Shown here: positions 9,158 to 19,999 of the stretch, piece by piece
Layout of the letters: each line of letters begins with the position of its first letter
Position numbering within the stretch: position 1 is the first letter of the stretch
Source of the DNA: Perkinsus olseni
Lineage: Eukaryota
DNA: 20,000 bases
Assembly: GCA_013115125.1 (NCBI GenBank)
Contig: JABANN010000093.1
Location: forward strand, 55,730 to 75,729
Reading direction: 5' to 3'
Position numbers and translations under genes: made by a program
Notes under the pieces: generated by a model
Seen by the model: the letters and a program-made list of their open reading frames with translations, nothing else
Databases searched by the model: none
What the model was told of the DNA's origin: nothing

Positions 9158-11967
9158 ATGAGCTTGCATGGATCTTCCTTCGAAGATGGTTTCGTCCTTT
9201 CAAGCTTTGTGGTTGTCCCCTTCATGATTCCCTGGTCGTCCGGAGGCGCTTCGGAGGCAATAGTACCGCTAGATGAAGGAGGGACGGACCAGCGAAGGCG
9301 AGGGTTGGACTTTTGGGAGCCATCGGGATGGTCAGGCGGTCAACTTGTAGTTGTTGATGACGACACTAGAGGCCGTGGACAGGTAATAGAGAACTCTTGG
9401 TGGCCCGGGTGGTGTAGGCGGATATTGATTGATAGGGCGTGGGTTCGATTCCAACCAGGCATATTTTAATACTTGGCTACTCTCAGATGGCGGTCTACGG
9501 TACCGTCGGTCCAGCGGCCGGTGGTAGAGGAAGGGCAGCTCACAAACGATGGCGTCTTCACCTAGGCCCAAAGGAGGAGGTAATATCATTCGGCGCGTTT
9601 TGTGTTGAGCAAGGGTCGACCTAAGATACCCTACCGGCCAAGGCCATTGGTGGACCTCCCAGTGGGCTTCACGATATCGGAGGTGGATCAGCTCATGCGG
9701 GAGATCAGGCTAGAGGACTTACGCAGCAAAGTGGCCAATAAGGAGTTGGAGTTGGCCGATGAGGATGTAGCAGTATCAGCGGCAATTTTATGCTACTTTC
9801 GTGACTACAATAGGTCCGTGCCCCTTCCCCACCCCCAGTCTACAACAGCCTAGGACAGAAGATTAATACTAGGGAGTTGAGGGTGAAGCATCAGATGCAT
9901 GATGAGCTTAATAGACTATGCCATTACATGATCAAAACGGTGAGATCTCCTGAGGCCCACCCGCTGGCCTCACCCGACCCCGGCAGGTTCCCAACTATGT
10001 CCCGCCACCAGAGTACAGGCCGCCGAAGTACGTTCAGAAGGTCCTAGTACCGGTCAAAAGGTGAGATCAGACTTCTACTGTCGCCCAAAAAATTTTCATT
10101 TCCTTTGGTCTTCTCACAAGATACCCAACCGAGAACTTCATGGGGATCCTCATCGGTCCGAGGGGGTGCAACCACCGCCTTTTGAAGGAGATCTTAGACT
10201 GTGACATAACCCTTAGGGGAAGGGGTAGGGTAGAATGATGGGAAGGGACAGGCACGCACCGATCTTTTAGGGACTGGCAAACATTCGGATTTTGTGAGTC
10301 AACAGCAGTCGGCGTCTTCTGGTGGGGACAGATCGTCAACGATGGCGTCATGGCAGGCGGAGGAGGATGCCAGTCTGCCGTTGCACGTTCATATTAGGTG
10401 GGGATAATAATACTCATACCACACCATTCTCAGTTTTATTGTAACCATTGTATGTGCCGTAACAGCGACAGCAGCAGCCGCAGCCGCAGCCGCAGCCGCG
10501 GGGTAGACCGGTTCTAGGTGTGCTTACCATAGGGGGCCGTCTGAGAGCCTAGAGAGATCGTTAGGGTGTTAGAACGAGCGCGGAGGTCCTGAATGAGTAT
10601 CCTGAATGAGCATGGCCTGGAGGGCCCGTGGAAGTGTGGGCTCGCATAGGTTTAATTAATTGATGCCACTCTCCTCCCTTCAACCATCAACACTCATGGC
10701 CCCCCCTCCCACCCCCACTCATGCTGCTGTCGCTACTACTACTACTACCACTACCACTATTGCTCTTCCGCACGTAGAGGGGCCATCGTGAGCTTTTCGT
10801 CCATTTCAGTGGTGACGACGAGGACCGGGTCCAGGAGGCGGTGGAGTTCATCAAGAAATGCCTCACCCCGGGCAGTCGAGAGTAGCCGCTGATGGTCATC
10901 TGTCCTCGCCAGCACCCCCACGCCAGGTACGAGGCCCTTCAGTCGCGTGGGAGGGATACTTTGGCTGTCATCAATGGCACTGTCGGCATCGGGTCGAACT
11001 ACCATCAACGCCAGCTGCGAGTACTAGAGGCAGATGGACTAGATGAGATCGAACGGTGGAGGGCGGTGGCGAGGTAATGAGGAGATGGTGGTGATGATGA
11101 TGGCGATGGTGATTTTGGTGTCCCAGGCATGTGCGGTGTGAGATCTGTGGTGACCGGGGCCATCCGACGGTCGATTGCCCCCAGAGGAGGATGCCTAGCC
11201 ATGATGAGCTGATGGAAGATTGGCGACTCGATAAGGAGTAGGTCGAAGGGGTTTCTGAACCCTTTGGAGGGGTCTAACATCAGATACCATGATCTCATGG
11301 CCAGCGTTTCCCCCGAGGCCTCGCCGTCCTCGGACGGCCAACCTCCTTCCAAACGGCAGCACACGTCGTCGCAGCAGGAGGAGGAGATTCTGTCTCCACC
11401 GGAACTGCCACCGATGCCTCTGCCACCACCGATGGAGGCCACACCGAAGGTGTTAGCTCCCCTCCCACCGATGCAGCAGCAGCCGAGCAGCAGCAGCCCT
11501 TCGGAGAGCCCGGCTAACAGTAGTTCGAACGAGGAGACATCAACAGGGCAGCCGACTACACCCCATGTCCCGAGACGTAGTACCCGAAGGCTGGAGATGA
11601 TCCATTGATGTCCTTGTTGCTGTCAGCTCTTGCCGCTCGGCCACGAAGGCAGCGGCGTCCATTGACCCCCCATCCTCTTCGTACCATCCCAATGGACCCG
11701 ACACCTCCTCCGGGCGGCCCTTACCATGCCGAGGGACCCTATCCCTTCGACAACATGGGCTATACTACTCGTAAGCGGCTAGGACGGGCGATCCTCCCTG
11801 CTCACTGGACCGTGTCAGATCCTCCCCCGCATGGCTACGCTGGTCGAGGGGTGTTCCCTCCGGCGCCGGTGCCCCCAGTGAGGCCTCTGCCGCCCTTTCG
11901 TCAGCCTTACGGCGGCCCACCTCCCCCTGGTTACGGCGGTTATTACGGAGCAGAGGGGCACTACTAG
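9158..11967 (+). CDS. SF1: Splicing factor 1 / branchpoint-bridging protein (KH-QUA2, zinc knuckle, Pro-rich tail); start 9158 or 9225
   Basis: Spliced: VDLPVGFTISEVDQLMREIRLEDL...VRAPSPPPVYNSLGQKINTRE (helix-hairpin/SPSP region); YPTENFMGILIGPRGCNHR (KH GxxG); LPLHVHIS|GDDEDRVQEA; TLAVINGT (QUA2); CEICGDRGHPTVDC (CCHC); DKEYHDLMAS; Pro/Gly/Tyr C-terminus. Confidence 0.92.
10476..10499 (+). repeat. (AGCCGC)4 hexamer repeat in the long SF1 intron
   Basis: Directly visible. Reads SRSRSRSR in the SF1 frame if the AG at 10464-10465 is used. Confidence 0.85.
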
Positions 11968-12405
11968 TTTTGTTAATAATTGCTGTTGTATTATTGCCGC
12001 TGTCCACTGGTACTATTGCCGTACTCTAGTACACGAAGCGTCGCGTTGGGAGGAGGTCGTCAATCGGGACAGTAGGCCCCCTCACAGATTCTCAGCATAT
12101 CCGATCCCTCGCTTCGTACACATTCACCTGGATGAGTGTGGTAGTAGCTCGAGGAGGTAACCTTTTGCCATACAGGAGACGATACCAAATTTTCAGCTCT
12201 TCGTGAGAAGAGTACCTCCACAAGTTCTCGGGACACAAGGGTTATAATCGGGTTCAAGCTACTGTACCAACTTGAACTGGGCAAGTGTAGCTTTGACTCC
12301 GCGGTGACACCTACCGCTTCCATTAACGCTAGCCCCAAGCAGCTAGACTGAAACCCATGGGCGATGAACATCTCCCAGCTCATCAATCGTCATTCACCCG
12401 ACCCG

Positions 12406-13171
12406 TTATTTTCTCCTGCTCTTGCTCCCCTCCTCCGCAGGACCTTCCCGGCCTACCAGGGAAGGCTCGGGCGAGCCATACATTCTCAAGCCACCACCGA
12501 AGAGAACGCCGCGGTCGCGTAGCCTGACCACCACCCACGTGAGGTTGTATGGACAAGCGTATCTTAACTCAGCGGCAAATGTCTGCATATTATCCGGGCC
12601 CCGGTACTCCGTGAAATCCCTGGGTAGGGCTCTGACGGCATCCACTGGCCGGCCATTGAGGGGTATCTTCTCTTCACCATGGACCGCCACGAGTCTCCAT
12701 CGTAGGCTGAGAAGAAGGGCTGATCAACAGGCGAGTCAGCAGCCCCTCGGCGGAGGACCTCTTCACCAGCTTCACGAACTCATCGCAATTGGCATCTTCC
12801 CCTTCTACCACAACAACCCCAGGATACCCCCATTTGTACAGACCACCAAGGTCAAGCTCATCTGCCGCTGGAAAGATACTCCGATCTTCTTACGGCTTCG
12901 TACCCGCCCATGTCCGCAACAGCTTCTTTTTCTTGAGGTTTCTTATATGGTGGAAGTACAAAAGTCGCCGTCCCAAGTTCATTCCCATACCCTACATCAC
13001 GGCGGCCAATATGCGCAATCCGATGGGTATCTTTCTCACCGTTTGTGACGCGCTTCGACCACAACAAGTCCTCCCGTGTTGAATAGCAGCACGGGCAACT
13101 GACCGCACGAACAGAGCATGGCGGCTTCGAGCTCTCTCTAGTGTCCCGACCACTGCTGCGGCGGCTGCCAT
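12406..13171 (-). CDS. RWDD2-like paralog A (DUF1115 domain only, no RWD domain seen)
   Basis: LGRRLLYFHHIRNLKKKKLLRTWA|DELDLGGLYKWGYPGVVVVEGEDANCDEFVKLVK|SLRWRLVAVHGEE resembles the RWDD2 C-terminal YSHHI...WAKEL.L.G...G.PG...VEG domain. Short N-terminal exon 13040-13171. Confidence 0.75.
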
Positions 13172-13357
13172 GGGCTGGGTCTGCTTGCCTTGGCTGAGCT
13201 CTCTCCCCTAGCTTATCGTTACTAACCCAATCCCTGAATGATATTAATTAGAAACGGTACTGTGAGAGTAAACGGTGAATCACAATGGAAGCAGGCAGGG
13301 TGTCAAGAAAAGGCGAGACGGGCAACACCAGTCGTGTCGTCAGTCGTCCGAGGGGCA

Positions 13358-14863
13358 TCACCGCGAATGCGGCGGGGCTTTGTGCTGCTGCTGCTTCTTG
13401 TTGATGTGGTGGTGTTGCTTGTCATTCTTGTTGGCCCTCACTGGCCCGTACATCTTCATACAGGTAAGGAACAGCTCTTCAAGACCGTACTCTCGGCACC
13501 TGTCAAAGACTACCACATAGTCGGGGCCCGCTACCACAGAGTGCCAACTCAAAAACCCTGCGTGAATTTCCGTTGCGGAGGACGCTAACGCCGTAATGCA
13601 CACCAATGAAACGCCGAACAGGCCTGCTGCTGTTCTCACCTAGCAGCGATGTCGCTCATCTGGTCAGGGCCATACTCGATGAATTCATCCTTGGGAAAAG
13701 CTCTGATATCATCGACACTCTTCCCCTCTGGCACAGGTATCTGCTCCTCTCCTCGCACCGCCAAGTACATCCACCGTAACCTGCACAGTCCTCACAACCA
13801 CCCTCACAGCGGTGGCTTACCGGTTAATAAGGTTCACGTACTCCGCGCAGTCCTGCTCATCTCCTTCCAGGATAATAACGCCAGGATAGCCCCACTTGTA
13901 GCAGCCACCCATATGTAACTCCTCTGAACGGACCCACGTCATCACAACAGTCTCCCGGCCACCGTCCGCCGCCTACTCGCCCATTCCTTGATGAGCTTCT
14001 TCTTCACAGGGTTACGAATGTGATGAGCGTAGATGACCCTCCGGCCCAGCACTGGTGGCTGGTTGGTCTTCTTTTTCCGTGCCGAAAGATGGACAGTAAC
14101 CTTCTTAGTAGCGCCCTGAGAACAGGGATGCTCAACCCGCCACTTCCCGCCGTCATCCTACCCTTATGGGTACCCGAGCTGCCCAGGCCACATCATCATC
14201 GTTCGACTGCTCCTCCCTCTCCTTTCTACTCCTCTCGGCCTCCTTGGCAGCCACGGCAATCTGCAGTACCGTAACGTAGGTGCCGCTGCCGCCCACCCTA
14301 CTTTGTTGATGGCCGCCCGTGCCCCCTCCAGCGCGGCCAGTACGGGATAGTCGTAGCCCGCTTCCATTTGAGCCTTGATGCTGCCCATCAGGTTCTCGTC
14401 CAACTTCCCTGTTAGGGTCGATCATGGTCACCATCGGCCGAGGACAGTGGCCTACTCAGTTTTGGCGTGATGGGCTTCGACCCCTCCACTGCAATAACAT
14501 CGGGGAGGGCCCCCTCTCCCTTCGGATACCCCGGAGGCAGGGTGACCATGAAGGTCGCGTAGGGCTCCTCCCCCTCCTCCTCCTCATCCGATATCACATC
14601 CCCTCGAACGGTTATAGCATACCTAACAAGAGCAGCGGATTTCCCTCTGGGATCCACAGCCATGCCTACGCGGTCTCCCCGTCGTCAGCACCCTCGGGCT
14701 TGTGCAACCACATGAATTCGGAATCAACCTTGCCGCTGTACACAGATTCGAGGGCCTCCGCCTCCTCGAGTTGAAGCTGTATACAGTCGCCGTCCTCCCT
14801 CTTGGGGTATGGCCGCTTCTGAGGTGTGTCAACCGTTATTCGGTATGGCGTTATGCTTGACAT
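13358..14863 (-). CDS. RWDD2-like paralog B (RWD + DUF1115), most canonical copy
   Basis: RWD: LQLEEAEALESVY...TFMVTLPPGYP. C-domain: GRRVIYAHHIRNPVKKKLIKEWA|KELHMGGCYKWGYPGVIILEGDEQDCAEYVNLINR|LRWMYLAVRGEEQ...CREYGLEELFLTCMK. Confidence 0.85.
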
Positions 14864-14968
14864 AAGATACGCTGAACCATCATCAGTCGCCAACTCACAG
14901 GAACACAACAGCAATGATGTCGGAAACCACATCTTCAACAACTATTAAAACCGTAGTGGAATCAACAA

Positions 14969-16400
14969 CTACTTTTTCGAGGACCTCTTCTTAGTTTTCT
15001 TAACCTTCTTAGCAGCCTCCTTCTTGCCCTCATGATCGCCCTCCTCGTCGGTCGTCGTATAAACCTTCATGCTGGTCATGAAGAGCTCCTCGAGGCCCGC
15101 CTCCCGGCACCTACCATCAACGATACCGCAGCCACCTCCTCCGCGGCCGACACTACCTCTCAGCTATCTTACTAACTTCATCCACTTTATACTGGGTGAA
15201 TTCCACCGGCAAGGCACGCATGTCGTCCAGTGTCTTCCCCGCAGGCACCGGTATCTGCTCCTCTCCTCTTACCGTCACCATTCGGACGTACCTACCGTGT
15301 CGACTCAACAGTTATTATCACGGTATAGTCTCCTAGATCGCAAATAGAAGATTTATTCTTCTATGTTTTGTCAGCATATGAGAACTGTGCATGTAGTGCC
15401 AGTAGACGAGTAGGGTGTATAAGCAACAAGCACATCGCCAGAGATTTGACAGCTGTGCTGCATAGTCTGCCGTGACTGCCGCAGGGGGGTATTCCGCGGC
15501 CAATTTTTGAAGTGCTACTGTGAGTTCTAGATCTTAGGGGTCGCCCGACGTTGAGAGCAATCAGAATTGCCATGGCAGCCACGGGCCGGTGCTACCTGGT
15601 GACTCGGTTGACGTAGTCAGCGCAGAGGTTCTCCTCACCCTCGATGAGGATGAAGTTGGGGTTGCTCATGCCGCCCAGTCGGTAGTCCTCTGAGGACATC
15701 CATGAGGGGCAGTGGGAGTAGAAGTACCCGAGTATTACTGGCTAATTCTCGTATGAATTTTATCTTCATGGGGTTCTTGATCGTGTGGACGACCATCATC
15801 CTCCGACCCAGCACCTCCTCTTTCGCTGCTGCTGAGGAGGCCTAGAGGAAGGAGATTTTCTTATGCGAGGTCCAGGGTTCCTCCTACCTCCGGTGTCGAC
15901 CGGTCCTCGGTGGTATCTTGCTGCTCCGTTGCAACCTAGGGTCAACCTTAGATACCCTTCCGGCTGTGAGACTTACCTCAGTAATGTACTGCCGTGTTGA
16001 CTCCAATGCCGCTACGAGCGGGAAAACATATCCGGACTCCAGTTGAGCCTTCACGTGCTTCAGTAAGTACTTGGAAATATCTTCTCCGACCACGGCCTCC
16101 TCGGAGGGGTTAATCTCCTCCACAACGACCTCCGGCAGACGGCTTCTCTCCAGAGGATACCCGGAGGGGAGGGTCACTATGAAGGTGATGCTAATCGTCG
16201 AAGGGTGAGAGTAGCTGGTCAGAGTGACCGAGTATCTAACATTCTGTATCTTCCTAGCATCAACCTCGCCGCTCCTACTACGCCATCTCATCATCGACAT
16301 CAGATCCCTCAGGCTTATTCAGCCACATAAAGCCGCCATCGTCACCATAAACATCTTCCAGGGTCTCTGCCTCTTCCCACTGTAGGTCCAACCAACTCAT
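14969..16400 (-). CDS. RWDD2-like paralog C (RWD + diverged DUF1115)
   Basis: MSWLDLQWEEAETLEDVY...TFIVTLPSGYP; LGRRMMVVHTIKNPMKIKFIRELA|KDYRLGGMSNPNFILIEGEE; CREAGLEELFMTSMK; Lys-rich end, TAG at 14969. Confidence 0.8.
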
Positions 16401-16537
16401 TCAAAACTACCACTTCCATCCTCTCTGTATCAACCTCAACTCGAACAGGACAGTTTGAAAGTGGCGATAACAACAGCAGCAACAGCAGTAACAACAGCAG
16501 GCCCGTCGTCACTGGTATGCTTGAAAGGGTCCCTCCA

Positions 16538-17867
16538 TCACTTCTTGGACCCTTGTCGTCCGCCATACACCTTCAAGTACGTGAGGAAGAGGTCCTCCAG
16601 GCCATGGTCTCGGCATCTGCCACATGGACAGTGAGGGGCATGCACGGCTGGCAACAGGACTACTACAGTTTCGCTATCTTGTCGATCTCGTCTATCCCGA
16701 CGAATTCGAAATGTTTTGGTAGGGCCCGGAGGTCGTCCAACTTCTTCCCCTCGGGTATCGGTATTTGCTCTTCTCCTCGGACGGTGACCTTTTTTATGTA
16801 ACTACCGAGTGGCATAAAGATACCATTCACCCGATCCAATCACAACAGTGAGGTCAATGCCCCGGAAGTGTAACAACCCACGGCCTGCCCAGCCTCGATC
16901 GTATGGCCGTCCACCGCCAGGGGCGCTTTCCTCCTCCTCCCCGATTACTGTATCATTATATCCGTGTACTTGATGCAGAGCCTCTCATCTCCCTCAAGGA
17001 CTATTGCGTTAGGGTTGCCCATCCCTCCCAGGTGCCACTCGTCTGATGAGCATCAACTCCAACAGCGCCAGTACCACACCTTCCCTTACTCGCCAACTTC
17101 CTGCAGTACTTCATGTGCTCCTTATTACGTATATGGACAATACCGAGCATCCTTCTACCCAGGACTGTCGGCTGCGACCTCAGAATGTCCTGCCAGGTCG
17201 ATGAAAGCCCCCTTCCCCTCCGACGGTATTACCTCTACTGACATGTCGTCTATCGTGGACGCCCCCGCTGCCGCTGCCTCATCATCACCATCCTTCCCTT
17301 CACTGGGCTGACAACAGTGCTTGTCCCTTCGAGTTCCGCCCGGCCTCTGATTACCTCCGTCAGAAGTTGCCTGACCGCCTCCAGTGCCGCTAGTAGAGGA
17401 AACTCGTACCCCTCCCTCAGCTGGCACTTCACCGTTTTCGACGCCTCTCTGGACAGATCATCTAACACGATTCGTCCCGTCTTTCCTTCCCTCACTCTCC
17501 CTCCTACTCAGTCGTTTAGCAACACCATCACTTCCTTCCACCGCGAGGATCTCCGGTAAGGCTCTGCCATCCCCTGGATACCCCGCCAGGATAGTTATAA
17601 TAAAAGTAGCAGTCGGTGGGGTGGTGGAGTGCGACCGTCCTTCCACTGTGACCGAATATCTGATGGCCACACCGTCCCCCTTCCCCTTCCAGCCCTCCCG
17701 ACCTACGCCATCTCCCCATCCTCAGGGGTATCCGGCCTGTTCAACCACATGAACCCTCCTTCAGGGTCGAACGCATCCCAGAGGGCCTCCGCTTCTTCGT
17801 ACTGCCTGCTAAGGTTCTTGCTGCTCTGTGAACTGCCATCGCCCGCCTTCGTCTTTCGTTCTACCAT
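16538..17867 (-). CDS. RWDD2-like paralog D (RWD + diverged DUF1115)
   Basis: MVERKTK...QYEEAEALWDAF...TFIITILAGYP; LGRRMLGIVHIRNKEHMKYCRKLA|NEWHLGGMGNPNAIVLEGDE; CRDHGLEDLFLTYLKVYG; TGA at 16538. Confidence 0.8.
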
Positions 17868-17979
17868 GCTTTAATTAAATTACTTCCGTACCGTTCGCGT
17901 TGGTGTCTCCTCCTCCCCACTACAACAACACAAAGCCATTCAGTAATCAACAACAACACTGACACATCATCGTCATGCC

Positions 17980-19895
17980 CTACCACTCGCCAGCCGTAGC
18001 TTGCCCGTAGAACTCGACCCCTGCTAGGAAGAGGTTATGAGTATTACCAGAATTAACTCCGCTCTGGATGAGGCGGAACATCCTGAAGGCCCCTCTGGAC
18101 TCCGGTGACTTCTCTATCGGAAAGTAACTGACCCTTCCCCTACTATCACCACCCGGAAGGCTGCCGCTGCTACCTGGTCGCCTTTGGCTCCCGCAGACTG
18201 CCGCAGATCTTTCTTTCGTCCAGGAAAATCCAGTCCTCACCATCATTCGACCCCATCAGGTTCCAGCTCATCAGGCACTGAGCGCTGGAGTTACGATTGC
18301 GAAGGCAGTACCTGAGGAGGGCGGGCAACCCCCGGCAGGAGCCGGAAGGGCGTCCCTACCCAGAGAGGCGAAGCGCCCGCCCTCGTCCGAAGTCCACTTG
18401 TATCCACGACGAAGGCTCATTCTTAGTACGGAAGTCCGCTGACGCCGATCGTCCGACGATGTCCTCGACCGACCCTCTCCCGACGCCTGAGGAGGAAGGG
18501 GGTGGGGAAGTGGGTTGCGAGGGCACTTCCTACTGCTCGCCGCCACCTGCACTTCCATCAGCTTCGATGCAGGATTTCGCCAAGGTATGGTATGGCCGCG
18601 AGTCCCCAGCCAGTACAGGGACCCGAAGGAGTCGAAGTCAGAGGAGTAGGCGAAAGACACCGGGGCTTCCGCAGAGGCCGTCTGGACCGACCCCCTCGAT
18701 CCGGCCGCGTCAACGCCCTAACCCGAGATGGTACCACAGCAGCACCGCCATCCTGCCTCACCTCCCCATCCTGCTGTCCGTCATCTTGCCTCTTGTACCC
18801 ATCCCTCTGGCACTCCCGAGGCCTCCCTTTATGGGCCCTCCCCTCACCACCCTCCTGCCCGGCCGTGAACCTCCTCATGTATTCCAGTATCCTGTCCTGT
18901 GCCGGCCGCCACAACGGCGACTCTGCCGCAGATATCAACGCCTCCAGGGGTAGTTGGGACCACCGAACGCTGAAGATCAGAATCATACAGCCCGTCACAG
19001 TGATTGTACTCTTACCAGTTATAAAGCGTCTCAAAGTCCTCCTTCGCCCAGGGCCCTGCCTTCTTCGTCCTGCCCTCCTCCGCACCCTCCTCCTCATCGC
19101 CATCCTAAGCCAGCAGTCCACTATACATGAGAAGGGCTACTCTCACCTCTTCATCTCCCTTATCAACTTCGCCATCCTCACGCCCCTCCTCTTTCACAAC
19201 CTCCTCTTCCTCCTCGGGTTGAAGGCTCACCCTGACCACTGCCCCACTGGCTAGAGTAACCTCCTCCTCTTCTTCCTCGTCTCCCTGCTGCAGCTTCCGA
19301 AAGATCTCCTTCGACAACTCGTCCACTGTAACCTGACTATGGCCCTCCCCAAGGCAGCCAGCCCTCCCCCACTCACCCCTCCCGAAGTGCCCTTCCACTC
19401 CACCTCAGCCCATACCTCCCCCAAGGGGGCCTCACGAAGCACTGGATACGCCACCTCCACCGATGCTCCCTCCTCTCCCTCGACCAACTCCGTCACCTTC
19501 TCGTACCGAGGTACAGGATCTCCCCTCACGCACTCCGACCCGCTCGCTATCCCCTCCACCACCCTCACCTTCGCCTCAACGGCACCTGCTGCAGACCTCC
19601 TACCCCCTTCCAGCCCTACTACCACTACCTTCCAAAGGCTTTACTATCTCCACATTGAGCTTGGCATGGCTTCTACTCATCCGCTGCCTCAACACGTTAG
19701 TACCTGCAACCCCTCACTGCCCCTCCGACCCCTCCCAGTACCCCTACATGTCCTCAGCACCAACCGTTCGTCCCCCGACGATGCTGCCAACCCTAGTTTA
19801 TCCGACCCTAGTATCCTCTCCAAAGTGTCCAAGGGCAGCTGGGTGAGCTCGTATACCCTCAACGGCTGCTTCCCTCCACCCTTCAGGATGCAGTC
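17980..19895 (-). CDS. BACK-domain plus C-terminal discoidin (F5/8C-like) protein, likely a BTB/cullin-3 adaptor type; 5' part lies beyond the window
   Basis: LTQLPLDTLERILGSDKL and VRWSQLPLEAL (BACK-like). FAYSSDFDSFGSLYWLGTRG..WRNP, SWIQVDFG, WNLMGSNDGEDW and FRMFRLIQSGVNSGNTHNLFLAGVEFYG resemble the domain shared by HECTD1 and plant BTB-BACK-F5/8C proteins. Confidence 0.75.
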
Positions 19896-19927
19896 CTACA
19901 CCAACCAACTCATCGTAGCAGAGAGGG

Positions 19928-19999
<72 letters not shown>
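19928..19999. repeat. (TGA)24 microsatellite, probably intronic
   Basis: 72 nt perfect trinucleotide run. On the minus strand it lies upstream of an AG acceptor at 19896-19897. Confidence 0.95.

Noticed and set aside
9441-9452. B-box-like GGGTTCGATTCC (also GGGGTTCGAACC at ~2603)
   Set aside because: Both lie in coding exons without a full T-stem or acceptor context, unlike 5711-5748.
15440-15520. U4 snRNA or spliced-leader RNA gene
   Set aside because: Only the Sm-like motif fits. The U6-pairing regions, the spacing and the CCGTAGCCAT..TGGCTCAAG leader are absent.
19928-19999. Coding homopolymer (poly-Ser/His/Asp) from the TGA repeat
   Set aside because: It sits upstream of a plausible acceptor at 19896-19897, so it is most likely an ordinary intronic microsatellite.
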